From NCBI GenBank assembly GCA_965203465.1, contig CBDBCR010000002.1, forward strand, positions 1-64,000: a stretch of 64,000 nucleotides of DNA. Reading direction: 5' to 3'. Position numbers and translations under genes: made by a program. Source of the DNA: Nitrosopumilaceae archaeon (GTDB taxonomy: Archaea; Thermoproteota; Nitrososphaeria; Nitrososphaerales; Nitrosopumilaceae). How positions within the stretch are numbered: position 1 is the first letter of the stretch; each line of letters opens with the position of its first letter. Shown piece after piece: positions 1 through 9,865 of this stretch. Under the pieces are notes generated by a model. The model worked only from the letters and a program-made list of their open reading frames with translations. It was not told the DNA's origin and did not search any database.

Positions 1-1022
1 GGCGGAGGAGGGGGCGGCGGCGCCCGGGTCTCTGGAACGACCCTAGACGGGGGCGCCGTCGCCGACGCGGTCTATATCCGGTCTGCCTCGTGGGACTGCG
101 AGGCCAACACGATCAACGTGGTGGCCGGCCCGTCGTCCGGTTCTCTGGACGTGACGGTCCGCATGCCGGTGGCCGGCGTCGTCCGCATGACGCAGTCAGG
201 AGAAGTCGGAGGGTACACCGAGTTTGTCGCGCCGTTCGGATCTTCGGAATCTTTCGCCAGGATCTCGGCCACGCTCGTCTCCAACCGCACCATAGCGTCG
301 GACACCGAATCCGTAAACATCGATTCGTGCACGGGAACCAGACGTTCGATACGCCAGAGCCGAGGGCGGCATCGCAGCCCTTCGAGGCGGAGCCGGAGCA
401 GCAGCAGGCCGAGCGCCAAGAGCCGGCCGAGCAGCCCGCGCCGCCGACAGAGCCCGCAACAGAGCCTGCAGCGCCCGCAGCGCCGCCCGAGGATCCGGCG
501 CCGCCTGCACCCGAGCCGGAGCCACCAGCGCCGATCACGCAGGAGCCGATCGCCGACGAACCAGACGCGGAGCCGGTCTGCGGGCCCGGCACGTTCCTTG
601 CCGACGACGGAACCTGCACGCCCGTGCCTGCCGACGAGGGCGGCGGCTGCCTGATAGCCACTGCCGCGTACGCACCGAGACGGCCGAGCAGGTGCAGCGG
701 CTGCGCGAGGTACGCGACGGCGCGCTCTCGACGGGCGCAGGCTCTGTATTCATGTCCGGCTTCAACCAGTTCTACTACGCCTTTTCGCCGGCCGTCGCCG
801 ACCTGGAAAGGTCCAGCCCGGCCTTCAAGCAGGCAGTCCAGGCGTCCATGCAGCCGCTGCTGTGGTCGCTGGGAATCATGCAATTCGCAGAAATCCGAGG
901 CACAGACCGTACTGCTCGGCTCGCTGGTGGTAATGTTCAACGCCTCGCTTCTGGGCTCGCCGGCAGCCGCGGTTCTGGCGTACAGGCGGATGTCGCGGCG
1001 CAGGCAGCCCGGGGCCGCCTGA
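1..1022 (+). pseudogene. 3' part of a surface protein with Pro/Glu-rich linker and CFI-box-CTERM domain; broken by 3 frameshifts (real or sequencing error)
   Basis: GGGCLIATAAY, then QVQRLREVRD...FMSGFNQFYYAFSPAVADLER in another frame, then a TM tail with basic end; frame switches at ~335, ~672 and ~892; begins before the window. Confidence 0.75.
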
Positions 1023-1168
1023 TCCGGCAGACCGGCATCAACGCGGCGGCAGTCGCGCCGTGGCCCAAAGCCGGCGCCTGCCCCCTCCGGCTCGACTGCG
1101 CCCGGCGAAACCAGGTTCGCAGGGGGGGGGGGATCAGCGCATACCCGCGGCGCGCCGCCCAAAGCCGG

Positions 1169-1330
1169 CTATTCGGGGCGGAACCGGTCGCAGCCCGAGC
1201 CGCACGGCTTGTTCATGACGCCCTCGCAGGCGCCGCCCTCGTCGTGCATTATCCGGTGGTGGCCGCACTCCGAGCAGCGGGTCCTGAAAAAAACTATCAG
1301 GTCGGCCAGCGGTATGCCAGACGAGCTCAC
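1169..1330 (-). CDS. small Cys/His-rich putative metal-binding protein (53 aa)
   Basis: CSECGHHRIMH...C...C.SGC..F; GTG start about 20 nt after an AT-rich TTTGAA box. Confidence 0.55.
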   Translation of the reverse strand: MSSSGIPLADLIVFFRTRCSECGHHRIMHDEGGACEGVMNKPCGSGCDRFRPE

Positions 1331-1457
1331 GCGCGCGCCCGTCTCTTCAAAGCCCGCCAAGGGCCCGGCCCGCCCGGCCCGGCCATAATACCATTGCGGC
1401 CGCTTTCCGGCCTGCGGCCCCGCAAGGCTTAATATCGGAGCTCGGGGGCGCGCGGCC

Positions 1458-3650
1458 GTGGCAAAGTACAAGTCCACCGAGCAGGTCCTCAAGATAATCA
1501 AGAACAAGGATCAGATACGCAACTTCGGCGTCATCGCCCACGTCGATCACGGCAAGACCACCATGAGCGACAGCCTGCTGGCGTATTCCGGGATAATCGC
1601 CCCCTCGTCGGCGGGCAGCGCCCTGGCCATGGACTTCGACAAGGAGGAGCAGGAGAGGGGCATCACCATATACCAGGCCAACGTCACGCTCCACTTCACA
1701 AAGGCCGAAAAAGAGTACGTCATCAACATGATAGACACGCCGGGCCACGTCGACTTTAGCGGCAGGGTCATACGCAGCCTGCGCGCCATAGACGGCGCCG
1801 TGGTCGTCTGCGACGCCGTCGAGGGCATCATGACGCAGACCGAGACGGTCACCCGCATGGCCCTCGAGGAGCGCGTCCGGCCCGTGCTGTTCATAAACAA
1901 GGTGGACCGCCTCATAAAGGAGCTGCGCCTGACGCCGGAAAAGATGCAGCAGCAGCTGGCCGACGTGATATCCAACTTTAACCAGCTCATAGACACGTAC
2001 GCCGAGCCAGAGTACGCCGAAAAGTGGAAGGTCTCGATACAGGACGCCAGCGTCACGCTCGGCTCCGCCAAGGACAGGTGGGCCGTCAACGCCGAGATAA
2101 TGAAGGAGCGCGGCATCACGCTAAAGGACGTCATAGACGCCTACCAGGGCGGCAAAGTCGAGCAGCTGGTCGAGCGGGCCCCGCTGGCCGACGCGGTGCT
2201 CGGCATGGTGGTCAACCACCACCCGGCCCCGCACGAGGCGGTAAAGTACCGCATACCGCAGATATGGAAGGGCGACCTGGACTCGGAGGTGGGCAAGGCG
2301 CTGCTAGCGTGCAGCGACGACGGGCCCACCATAATGATGGTCGTCAACATGGTGCTCGACAGGGCCGCCGGCCCCGTGGCGATCGGGAGGCTGTTCTCCG
2401 GGGTGGTGCGCGACGGGCAGACCATACACATCATCGACGCCAACCGGGAATCGCGCATCCAGTCGGTCAACTTTTTCATGGGCAACCAGCGCGAGCAGGT
2501 CGGCGAGCTGGGCGCGGGCAACATACCGGCGCTGCTCGGCCTTACCGAGGCGCGCGCGGGCAACACCATCGCGTCCGCGTCCGGGATACACGTCTTCGAG
2601 GGCGTAAAGTACGTCTCGGAGCCGGTGGTGCAGGTGGCAGTCGAGCCAAAGCACCCAAAGGACCTGCCGCGCCTGGTCGAGGTGCTCAGGCAGCTGACGA
2701 TCGAGGATCCCAACCTAGTAGTAAAGATAGACGAAGAGAGCGGCGAGACCATCGTGGCAGGCATGGGCGTGCTGCACCTCGACGTGGCCACGCACCGCAT
2801 ACAGGACGCCAAGGTCGAGATAATAACGTCCGAGCCGCTCATCAACTACCGCGAGACCGTAAAGGCCGAGTGCGAGCCGGTCATGTCAAAGTCGCCCAAC
2901 CGCCACAACAAGATATTCATGAAGGTCGAGCCGCTAGAGCCCGAGATCGCCCACAAGCTCCGGACCGGGGAGATAAGCGAGATGAAGGACAAAAAGTCCG
3001 TCTCGGACCTGCTAAAGGCGGCCGGGTGGGACACCGACACCGTAAAGAGGGTGATGAAGCTCGATCCGCGCGGCAACGTCCTCATAAACGGCACAAAGGG
3101 CGTGCAGTTCGTCCAGGAATCGACCGACTCCATAAACTCGGGGTTCGAGGAGGTCATGCGCGAGGGGCCGATGTGCCGCGAGCAGATGCGAGACTGCAAG
3201 TTCACGTTCACGCACTTTGTGCCCCACGAGGACACCGCGCACCGGGGGCTCTCGCAGCTGGGCCCGGCCTCGCGGCGCGCCTGCATGGGGGCCCTGCTGA
3301 CGGCCGGCACGTCCGTCCTGGAGCCCACGCTGGCCATCGAGGTGCGCGTGCCCACCGACCTGGTGGGCAACGTGGCCACGGTCCTGTCGGGCAAGCGCGG
3401 CAAGGTGCTGGACATGTCGCAAAAGGGGGCCTCCAGCATAGTGACCGGCGAGATACCGGCCTCCGAGACGTTCACCCTGTCGGAGGAGATGCGCGGGCAG
3501 ACCGCCGGGCGCGCCACGTGGAACACCTCGTTCAAGGCCTGGACCGAGGTCCCAAAGTCGATGCTGGCCAAGGCCATCGAGGACATACGCAAGCGCAAGG
3601 GCCTGGCGCCCGAGCCGCCGCGCTCGTCCGAATTCATAGACAAGGAATAG
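1458..3650 (+). CDS. fusA: translation elongation factor 2 (aEF-2)
   Basis: AHVDHGKT, RGITI, DTPGHVDF, NKVD GTPase motifs; diphthamide loop HEDTAHRG. Confidence 0.98.
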   Translation: MAKYKSTEQVLKIIKNKDQIRNFGVIAHVDHGKTTMSDSLLAYSGIIAPSSAGSALAMDFDKEEQERGITIYQANVTLHFTKAEKEYVINMIDTPGHVDFSGRVIRSLRAIDGAVVVCDAVEGIMTQTETVTRMALEERVRPVLFINKVDRLIKELRLTPEKMQQQLADVISNFNQLIDTYAEPEYAEKWKVSIQDASVTLGSAKDRWAVNAEIMKERGITLKDVIDAYQGGKVEQLVERAPLADAVLGMVVNHHPAPHEAVKYRIPQIWKGDLDSEVGKALLACSDDGPTIMMVVNMVLDRAAGPVAIGRLFSGVVRDGQTIHIIDANRESRIQSVNFFMGNQREQVGELGAGNIPALLGLTEARAGNTIASASGIHVFEGVKYVSEPVVQVAVEPKHPKDLPRLVEVLRQLTIEDPNLVVKIDEESGETIVAGMGVLHLDVATHRIQDAKVEIITSEPLINYRETVKAECEPVMSKSPNRHNKIFMKVEPLEPEIAHKLRTGEISEMKDKKSVSDLLKAAGWDTDTVKRVMKLDPRGNVLINGTKGVQFVQESTDSINSGFEEVMREGPMCREQMRDCKFTFTHFVPHEDTAHRGLSQLGPASRRACMGALLTAGTSVLEPTLAIEVRVPTDLVGNVATVLSGKRGKVLDMSQKGASSIVTGEIPASETFTLSEEMRGQTAGRATWNTSFKAWTEVPKSMLAKAIEDIRKRKGLAPEPPRSSEFIDKE

Positions 3651-3681
3651 AATAAATTCGTGCGGGCGGCGGGGCCTGCCC

Positions 3682-4374
3682 GTGGAGATAAACGAGCACG
3701 CCAAGATAGAAGTGCGCGGCGGCTACCTCGTAGACGGGTTCCCGTCGGTGGGCCTGTCCAGCGCCATCGCCTCGGAATCCATGATAAACACGTCGGGGTT
3801 CGAGCGCGCCGGCACCATAGATTCGGACGAGTTCGAGCCGGCGAGCGTCGTAAAGGAAGGGGTCTCGGACTTTCCTGCCCGCATATTCGCCAACAACTCG
3901 CTAAAGGTGGCCATATTCCTCTCGTACCTGGCGCCCGAGCCGCGCATGCACCGCAGCGTGGCCAGCGCCATGATATCGTGGGCCCGCAGGCACGGCGTCT
4001 CGCTGGTCGTCTCTGCCATCTCGGTGGGCGGCGGGGGCCAAGAGGGCGCGGCCGCGGCGGCCAACAGCGCCGCCTGCGCCGCGCGGGTGGAAAAAGCGGG
4101 CCTGCGGCTGGTGCGCGCCGGCCTGATTCCGGGGATCCCGGGGGCGCTGCTAAACGCGGGGGCGCAGTCGGGCCAGGACGTGGCCGTCATACTGCACAGC
4201 TCGTCCGAGGGCGGCCCCGACTACCGGGCCGGCGCCGAGCTGTGCGGCGCCATGTCGCGGCTGGTGCCGGGCACCTCGTGCGACATGGAAAGGCTGCGCG
4301 CCGAGGCGCAGAGGGCCGAGGGCGCGATAAAAGAGTCCGGCCGCAAGCGCCTGACAGAGGGCATGTACCGGTGA
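3682..4374 (+). CDS. PAC2-family proteasome assembly chaperone
   Basis: DGFPSVGL N-terminal motif, GIPGALL, PDYRAG, C-terminal GMYR tail. Confidence 0.8.
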   Translation: MEINEHAKIEVRGGYLVDGFPSVGLSSAIASESMINTSGFERAGTIDSDEFEPASVVKEGVSDFPARIFANNSLKVAIFLSYLAPEPRMHRSVASAMISWARRHGVSLVVSAISVGGGGQEGAAAAANSAACAARVEKAGLRLVRAGLIPGIPGALLNAGAQSGQDVAVILHSSSEGGPDYRAGAELCGAMSRLVPGTSCDMERLRAEAQRAEGAIKESGRKRLTEGMYR

Positions 4375-4384
4375 TCGGCGGGGG

Positions 4385-4999
4385 TTGGACGCCGCCGCGT
4401 TTGCCGCCACCGTGGTGCTCGTGTCCGTATCGGGCGTGATGGCCCCCGGGCCGCTGCTTGCGGCCAACATAGCGCAGGGCATGTCCGGCGGCGCGCGCGC
4501 CGGGCTGAAGGTGGCCTCGGGGCACGCGGCCGTGGAGCTCGCGCTGGTCCTGGCCGTGGCCGCGGGGGCCGCATCGCTCGCGGGCTCGCCGGGGGCCGGG
4601 CGCGCGATAGCCCTCGCGGGGGCCGCCGGCCTGTTCGCGTTCGCCGCCATGCAGGCGCGCGACTCGCTGCGCGAGAGCGCGGGGCGGCCGTCCCCGGCGC
4701 GCGGGCCGCTCGCCGCCGGCGCCCTGATGACCGGCCTCAACCCGTTCTTCGTGGCGTGGTGGCTCACGGTGGGCCTGAAGCTGGTATCGGACGCGGCGGA
4801 GGCCTGGTCGGTGCCCGGCGTCTTGGCGATGTTCGGGATGCACGTGTGGATGGACTTTGCGTGGCTGGCCGCGACCGCGTACCTTGCCGGCAGGGGGAGG
4901 CGGCTGCTTCCCGGCCGGTGGAGGGCCGCGGTGGGGCTGGCGCTGTCCGCGGTGATGGCGTATTTCGGCGCGTCGTTTCTTGCGGAAGCGCTGCTGTGA
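4385..4999 (+). CDS. LysE family transporter
   Basis: SGVMAPGPL, GHAAVE, NPFFVAWW motifs; hydrophobic. Confidence 0.85.
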   Translation: MDAAAFAATVVLVSVSGVMAPGPLLAANIAQGMSGGARAGLKVASGHAAVELALVLAVAAGAASLAGSPGAGRAIALAGAAGLFAFAAMQARDSLRESAGRPSPARGPLAAGALMTGLNPFFVAWWLTVGLKLVSDAAEAWSVPGVLAMFGMHVWMDFAWLAATAYLAGRGRRLLPGRWRAAVGLALSAVMAYFGASFLAEALL

Positions 5000-5005
5000 G
5001 ATCCG

Positions 5006-5218
5006 CTAGCCGCAGTCTATGTCCTCGACCCGCATGGGGCACGACGAGTTGAACTCTGCTATCCTGACCGATAGGTCCATGCAGGCGGCCGGATCCGGCG
5101 GGATCGTGTCGGAGAGTATGTGCACGTGCCTCGCCTCGCAGGACTCCGAGAGCGCGAAAAGCACGAGCGAGGCGGCAGCTATCGCCGCGGCCGCGGCCGC
5201 TACGCTACGACCTTGCAA
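5006..5218 (-). CDS. small secreted/membrane-anchored hypothetical protein
   Basis: hydrophobic N-terminus, 4 Cys, start overlaps Alba stop. Confidence 0.55.
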   Translation of the reverse strand: MQGRSVAAAAAAIAAASLVLFALSESCEARHVHILSDTIPPDPAACMDLSVRIAEFNSSCPMRVEDIDCG

Positions 5219-6149
5219 TGTCCAGCTCTATGGTCGAGACGTTGCGCTCCCTGCCGTCCTGGGACTTTAGCGAATCCGAAGATATGCGCACGTCCGCGAC
5301 GACGTACCCTACCGCGTTCATCCTCTTTACTATCATCTGCGAGACGTCGACCGCCTGCGTGATGCGCTTGCCCCTCGCCTTTATGGTGACCACCTTGTAG
5401 CTTGCCATCTGTTGCAGCGTGGCGTTGATGTACGTCATTATCGGCTTTGTGCCGACGAATATGACGTTGCGCTCGGGCGCCTCGGGCTTTACGTCCTTGG
5501 GTTCCGCCCCGACTCCGCCCGCCTCTGCCGGCTCGTCCGCCCCGCTCTTGCCGGCCTCTGCCGCGCCGCCGGGCTGCGCCCCGACTCCGCCCGCCTCTGC
5601 CGGCTCGTCCGCCCCGCTCTTGCCGGCCTCCGCCGCGCCGCCGGGCTGCGCCCCGACTCCGCCCGCCTCTGCCGGTCCGTTTGCCCCGCTATTTCCTGCC
5701 TCCGCCGCGCCGCCTGGCCGCGGTTCGCCGTCCGGCCCGCCTCCGGCCCCGCCTGCGTCCGGAGGAGCCTCTGCGGGGCCCCCTTCGGGCTCGCGGCCCT
5801 CCTGGGCGCCCGCTTCGGAGCCCGCCTTTTTGCTCGCGAACTCCGAGAGTATGTCCTCTGCGTCCCTGCTCTGCTCCGCCAATTCCCTTACGTCGGGCGC
5901 CCCCGGGGGCTTTTTATTTAATGTATTGACGTACTCTTGGAGGATCTCCTCTATGCGGCCCGGCGGCGCCGCCTCTGCCCTTTTCACCAGCTCCGGCTCT
6001 TCGACCTCGTAGCAGTGGACGAATTCCTGCGCGTCCTTGAAGACCAGCAGCAGCTTGCCGCCGAACACGCAGTGGTAGATCTTTTCGGCCTCCATCCTCT
6101 CGGGGTCGAAGCGCACGCCCCCCTCGGCCGCGCGCACGGGCGCATCCAC
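5205..6149 (-). CDS. Alba-domain nucleic-acid-binding protein with extra N-terminal domain and repeat linker
   Basis: C-terminal IFVGTKPIMTY...IKARGKRITQAVDV...RNVSTIEL is an Alba fold; N-terminal ~80 aa globular domain. Confidence 0.85.
   Translation of the reverse strand: MDAPVRAAEGGVRFDPERMEAEKIYHCVFGGKLLLVFKDAQEFVHCYEVEEPELVKRAEAAPPGRIEEILQEYVNTLNKKPPGAPDVRELAEQSRDAEDILSEFASKKAGSEAGAQEGREPEGGPAEAPPDAGGAGGGPDGEPRPGGAAEAGNSGANGPAEAGGVGAQPGGAAEAGKSGADEPAEAGGVGAQPGGAAEAGKSGADEPAEAGGVGAEPKDVKPEAPERNVIFVGTKPIMTYINATLQQMASYKVVTIKARGKRITQAVDVSQMIVKRMNAVGYVVADVRISSDSLKSQDGRERNVSTIELDIARS
5505..5718. repeat. 3 x 72-bp coding tandem repeat (PAEAGGVGAQPGGAAEAGKSGADE)
   Basis: GACTCCGCCC recurs at 5511, 5583 and 5655. 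Confidence 0.95.
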
Positions 6150-6214
6150 GGAGACGGCGCGGGGCGCGCCGTATTTAGGTCAACCCACATATTTGGACGC
6201 CCCCTGCGCGGCGC

Positions 6215-7303
6215 GTGGCTCGGGCGGTGCTGCACGTGGACTTTGACTGCTTTTACGCCCAGTGCGAAGAGCTGCGCCGCCCGGAGCTGCGCGGCACGCC
6301 GGTCGTCGTCTGCGTATTTTCGGACAGGGGCTCGGATTCGGGGGCGGTGGCCACGGCAAACTACGAGGCGCGCGCGTACGGCGCAAAGTCGGGCATGCCG
6401 ATAAAGTTCGCGAGGGCCAGGCTGGAGGGGGCCGGCGCGCACTTTCTGCCCGTCGACTTTGAGCACTACGACAGGATCAGCTCCGAGGCCATGGAGTTCA
6501 TGCGCGCGCGCGCCGACGTCTTCGAGTACGTGGGGAGGGACGAGGCGTACCTGGACGTGACGGCGAGCACCGGGGGCCTGCTGCCCGAGGCCGAAAGGTC
6601 GGCGCGCGCGCTTCAGTCCGAGGCGCTCAAAAAACTGGGCCTTTCGTGCTCGGTAGGAGTCTCCGCAAACCGCCTGCTTTCCAAGATCGCGTCGGGGCAC
6701 CGCAAGCCCGGCGGCCTGACGGTGGTCGAGCCGGGCGGGGCCAAGGCGTTCCTCGCGGGCCTGGACGTCTCGCGCCTGCACGGCGTCGGGCCCGCCACGC
6801 GCGAGCGCCTCTCGGAGATGGGCCTGCAGTCGGTCTCGGACATACAGCGGTCCGACGTCTTTGAGCTGTCGCGCGCGTTCGGGCGCAGGATGGGAGCGTA
6901 CATACACAACGCCGCCAACGGCACCGACGCCACGCCGGTCCGCGAGAGATCTGCCAGCGTGCAGTACAGCAAGATAGTCACGCTAAAGGCCGATTCGTCC
7001 GAGTACGCGCAGCTCGAGGGGCCGCTCGGGCGCGTCTGCGGGATGCTCCACCAAAAGGCGACCGAAAAAAAGGTCATGTTCCGCAGCGTCGGGATACACC
7101 TGATCCTCTCGGACATGTCGGCCATGACGCGATCGCAGACGCTGCGCTCGCCCGCGGGCAGCCTGGAGCAGATGCAAAAGTGCGCCCTGGGCCTGCTCCG
7201 GGCCGCCCTGCCGTCGGCCCGGGCGCCGGTCAGGCGGCTGGGCGTGCGCGTCTCGGATCTCACCCCCTCGTCGGGCCAGCGGGATCTTGCGGACTACTTT
7301 TGA
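6215..7303 (+). CDS. dinB: DNA polymerase IV (Y-family)
   Basis: HVDFDCFYAQCE, ATANYEAR, DEAYLD, SKIAS..KPGG; C-terminal PIP-like QRDLADYF. Confidence 0.95.
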   Translation: MARAVLHVDFDCFYAQCEELRRPELRGTPVVVCVFSDRGSDSGAVATANYEARAYGAKSGMPIKFARARLEGAGAHFLPVDFEHYDRISSEAMEFMRARADVFEYVGRDEAYLDVTASTGGLLPEAERSARALQSEALKKLGLSCSVGVSANRLLSKIASGHRKPGGLTVVEPGGAKAFLAGLDVSRLHGVGPATRERLSEMGLQSVSDIQRSDVFELSRAFGRRMGAYIHNAANGTDATPVRERSASVQYSKIVTLKADSSEYAQLEGPLGRVCGMLHQKATEKKVMFRSVGIHLILSDMSAMTRSQTLRSPAGSLEQMQKCALGLLRAALPSARAPVRRLGVRVSDLTPSSGQRDLADYF

Positions 7304-8264
7304 GCCTGGCGGCGCGCCTCGACTCTACGAGCATGACGACGACCAGGAACGCAAAGAGCCAGGGCAAGAACATGATCTCGCCGGCCACCTGGTGGAACGC
7401 CTCCCACTGCTTGGCGTCGGTGGTCACCTTGAGGGCGTACACGGACAGCGAGAATATGCGTATCATGTTGACTACCACGGTGCCGGCTATCCCGACCGCA
7501 AAGTACGCGGCCTTGCGGCCGCGCGGCATCCTCATCTTTAGCAGGAACGCCATCATGACAAGCGAGTAGATTATCACGCTGTGCACGCCGGCCGACGGCC
7601 AGAACACCTGCAGCACCATGGGGCCAAAGTCGCCGCGCAGAAACATGATGTTGTCGCGCGCGGTGGCCGTGCCGAGATCAAGCAGGTTGATTATGCCGAC
7701 GTTGGCCTCGACCAGGTAGGGCACGACGTACTGGAGCGGCCCGAGCGTGTCGTACGGAAAGAACGCGTCCAGCGAGAGTATGGCCGCGCTGCCGGCCAGG
7801 AATATGGGGCCGGCCGGCCCTATGCGCACCCACCGCCTGCCGAACAGGACGAACAGCATGGCGATCAGGGCCGCCGATCCGACAACAAAGTCCCACATCC
7901 AGACCCAAGAGTCGACCAGCTGGACGTCGTAGGCCGGCGCGGCCGCCCGTATGTATTCGCGCAGCCCGTGCTCCACCGCGGCAAAGTAGGCGATCGCCGC
8001 GGCCGCCACGGGGGCCGCCGCTAGCATGCGCGCCCTCGGGACGGCTATCTTGAGCCCCACCAGCTCTGCCGCCACGAACGCCAGGGCGAACATGAACCCG
8101 CCGCGGCCCTGGTTCCAGCTGAACCCGAAACTGTCCGGGTCCAGCGCGAGGGCCACGGCCAGAGGCGCGCAGACCAGGGCCGCGCCCGCGAGGACGTTCA
8201 CGCCGCCCGCCCCGTTCCCGACAATAAATACCACCGCGGGAGTTATATTGAGCCTGCCGGGCAC
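7260..8264 (-). CDS. artG: thaumarchaeosortase (archaeosortase/exosortase family); true start probably slightly downstream
   Basis: multi-TM; VFWPSAGVHS (Ser at the catalytic Cys position), N.IRI, FH motifs. Confidence 0.85.
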   Translation of the reverse strand: MPGRLNITPAVVFIVGNGAGGVNVLAGAALVCAPLAVALALDPDSFGFSWNQGRGGFMFALAFVAAELVGLKIAVPRARMLAAAPVAAAAIAYFAAVEHGLREYIRAAAPAYDVQLVDSWVWMWDFVVGSAALIAMLFVLFGRRWVRIGPAGPIFLAGSAAILSLDAFFPYDTLGPLQYVVPYLVEANVGIINLLDLGTATARDNIMFLRGDFGPMVLQVFWPSAGVHSVIIYSLVMMAFLLKMRMPRGRKAAYFAVGIAGTVVVNMIRIFSLSVYALKVTTDAKQWEAFHQVAGEIMFLPWLFAFLVVVMLVESRRAARLKSSPQDPAGPTRG

Positions 8265-8272
8265 CCGCGGGC

Positions 8273-8689
8273 ATGACGGGCGCCGAACTGCGGGACGGCA
8301 TTCTGCACGACGCGACGAATCTGGGCGTGCGCGTGACAGTCGGCGTCATATTCATCGCCCATTCGCTGGGCAAGTTCGATCCGGGCTTCGGCTCGTTCCT
8401 GGGGAGCAAGGGGATACCCGAGGCGCTGGCGTACCCGGTGGCTCTGGGCGAGCTGGTTCCGGGCATACTCTTGATAGTCGGCGTGCTCACGCGCGCCTCG
8501 TCGGCCGTGCTCGCGGCCATCATGCTGGGCGCCATATTCGTGATAAAGGGGGCGGGGAGCCTGACCGGCGACGGGGGCGTCGAGTTCGACCTGATACTGC
8601 TGGCAGCGGCGCTGCTGGTCATGGTGGCAGGCCCCGGCCGCCTCTCGGTGTCGCACATCGTAAAGAGGATACCGAGGCCCGTCCACTAG
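8273..8689 (+). CDS. DoxX family membrane protein
   Basis: RVTVGVIFIAHSLGK, GELVPG.LL..G..TR, GPGRLS. Confidence 0.9.
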   Translation: MTGAELRDGILHDATNLGVRVTVGVIFIAHSLGKFDPGFGSFLGSKGIPEALAYPVALGELVPGILLIVGVLTRASSAVLAAIMLGAIFVIKGAGSLTGDGGVEFDLILLAAALLVMVAGPGRLSVSHIVKRIPRPVH

Positions 8690-9834
8690 TACCGCGTTAT
8701 CGTCTGCTGCCGGAGCATCTCTCTCATCTTGGAGTGCTCGTGCCACGCGCGCTCCCCTACGCCGGTGGCGGCCGCCGCCATCCCGAACGCGGCGGCGGGA
8801 TCGGGCGCCTCGGCTGGCGCCTTTGCCATGGCGGCCCTCACGCCCTCGCGCACCTGCCAGACGCCCACCGGCACGCAGTACTCGGGCCGTATCGAGCGGA
8901 GCACCCATGCGCCCGCCTGCACGCCCTTTTCTGCTAGGTACTCGGCCACCGCCAGCCGGGCCGCAAAGTACGCGCCGGCGATGGCCGGCGGGTGGCCGAT
9001 CCCCGACGGCCCCTCGCCGTCCGCCCCGAACCCCAGGCCGCCGCCCGAATGCCACGCCTCGACCATCTCGTAGATCCACCTGTGCGGGAAGAGCGCGACC
9101 GCGAACGCGTTGCCCAGGTGCGAGTGGGAAAACACCCTGCACCCGTCTATGACCGGCATGTCCAGCGCCCTCTGCACCAGCGTGCGCGAGAGCGCGTCGT
9201 CTACGGCAGTTATGCTCCAGCGCGTCGGAACCAGCCTGCGCCTGCGGCCCACCATGCCGACGCTGAAGCACTTTTGTATGGAAGAGACGGGGACGCCGGC
9301 CCCGTACATCTGCCAGACCGCCTCGCGCGCGCCCGCGTCGCGGTCGCCGTATACCTTTTCTATGCTGCGCTCTGCCGGCGCGCCCGAATAGCTCGCGCGG
9401 CTCAGCAGTCCCACCGGGCCGAACGGGGGGGCCTCGGGCCCGGGCCCCGACGGCGGCGCCGGCGGCCCGTCGAACTCCATCTGCGTCTCGACGGGCCTCG
9501 ACGACATGGCCAGCTCCTGTAGCCCCTCGACGTACCTGCCGCCGGCCTCCTCGGCCCTGACGCGCCTCACGCCGCGCACCAGGCGCAGCCTGCGCGAGAC
9601 TATCTGATCTAGGCTCAGGCCGGCCCAGCCCTCCGGCGAGTCCAGCATCGACGTGTCCCCGTGCTCCGGCGGCGACATGGGGCCGGCGAGCACGCGCGGG
9701 TACCCCTGCGATCCGACAAAGACCGACGGCGGGCTGTCGCCGCTGAGCCTGCCGGCCGAGAACATGCCGCCGTGGCGCGCAAGCTGGGCGCGCCACTTTG
9801 CCTCGACCGACTCCCTGGCAGAGCGCGCGTCCAC
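8686..9834 (-). CDS. nreA: Nre-family DNA repair protein
   Basis: SPPSVFVG..GYP.V, RRLVPTRWSITAVD, PVGVWQVRE; C-terminal PIP box QQTITRY. Confidence 0.88.
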   Translation of the reverse strand: MDARSARESVEAKWRAQLARHGGMFSAGRLSGDSPPSVFVGSQGYPRVLAGPMSPPEHGDTSMLDSPEGWAGLSLDQIVSRRLRLVRGVRRVRAEEAGGRYVEGLQELAMSSRPVETQMEFDGPPAPPSGPGPEAPPFGPVGLLSRASYSGAPAERSIEKVYGDRDAGAREAVWQMYGAGVPVSSIQKCFSVGMVGRRRRLVPTRWSITAVDDALSRTLVQRALDMPVIDGCRVFSHSHLGNAFAVALFPHRWIYEMVEAWHSGGGLGFGADGEGPSGIGHPPAIAGAYFAARLAVAEYLAEKGVQAGAWVLRSIRPEYCVPVGVWQVREGVRAAMAKAPAEAPDPAAAFGMAAAATGVGERAWHEHSKMREMLRQQTITRY

Positions 9835-9865
9835 GCGCGGGCGGCGCGCCGGCTCTTATTATTGG

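Noticed and set aside
7580-7610. Ser instead of catalytic Cys in the archaeosortase
   Set aside because: This is a known property of the thaumarchaeosortase subfamily.
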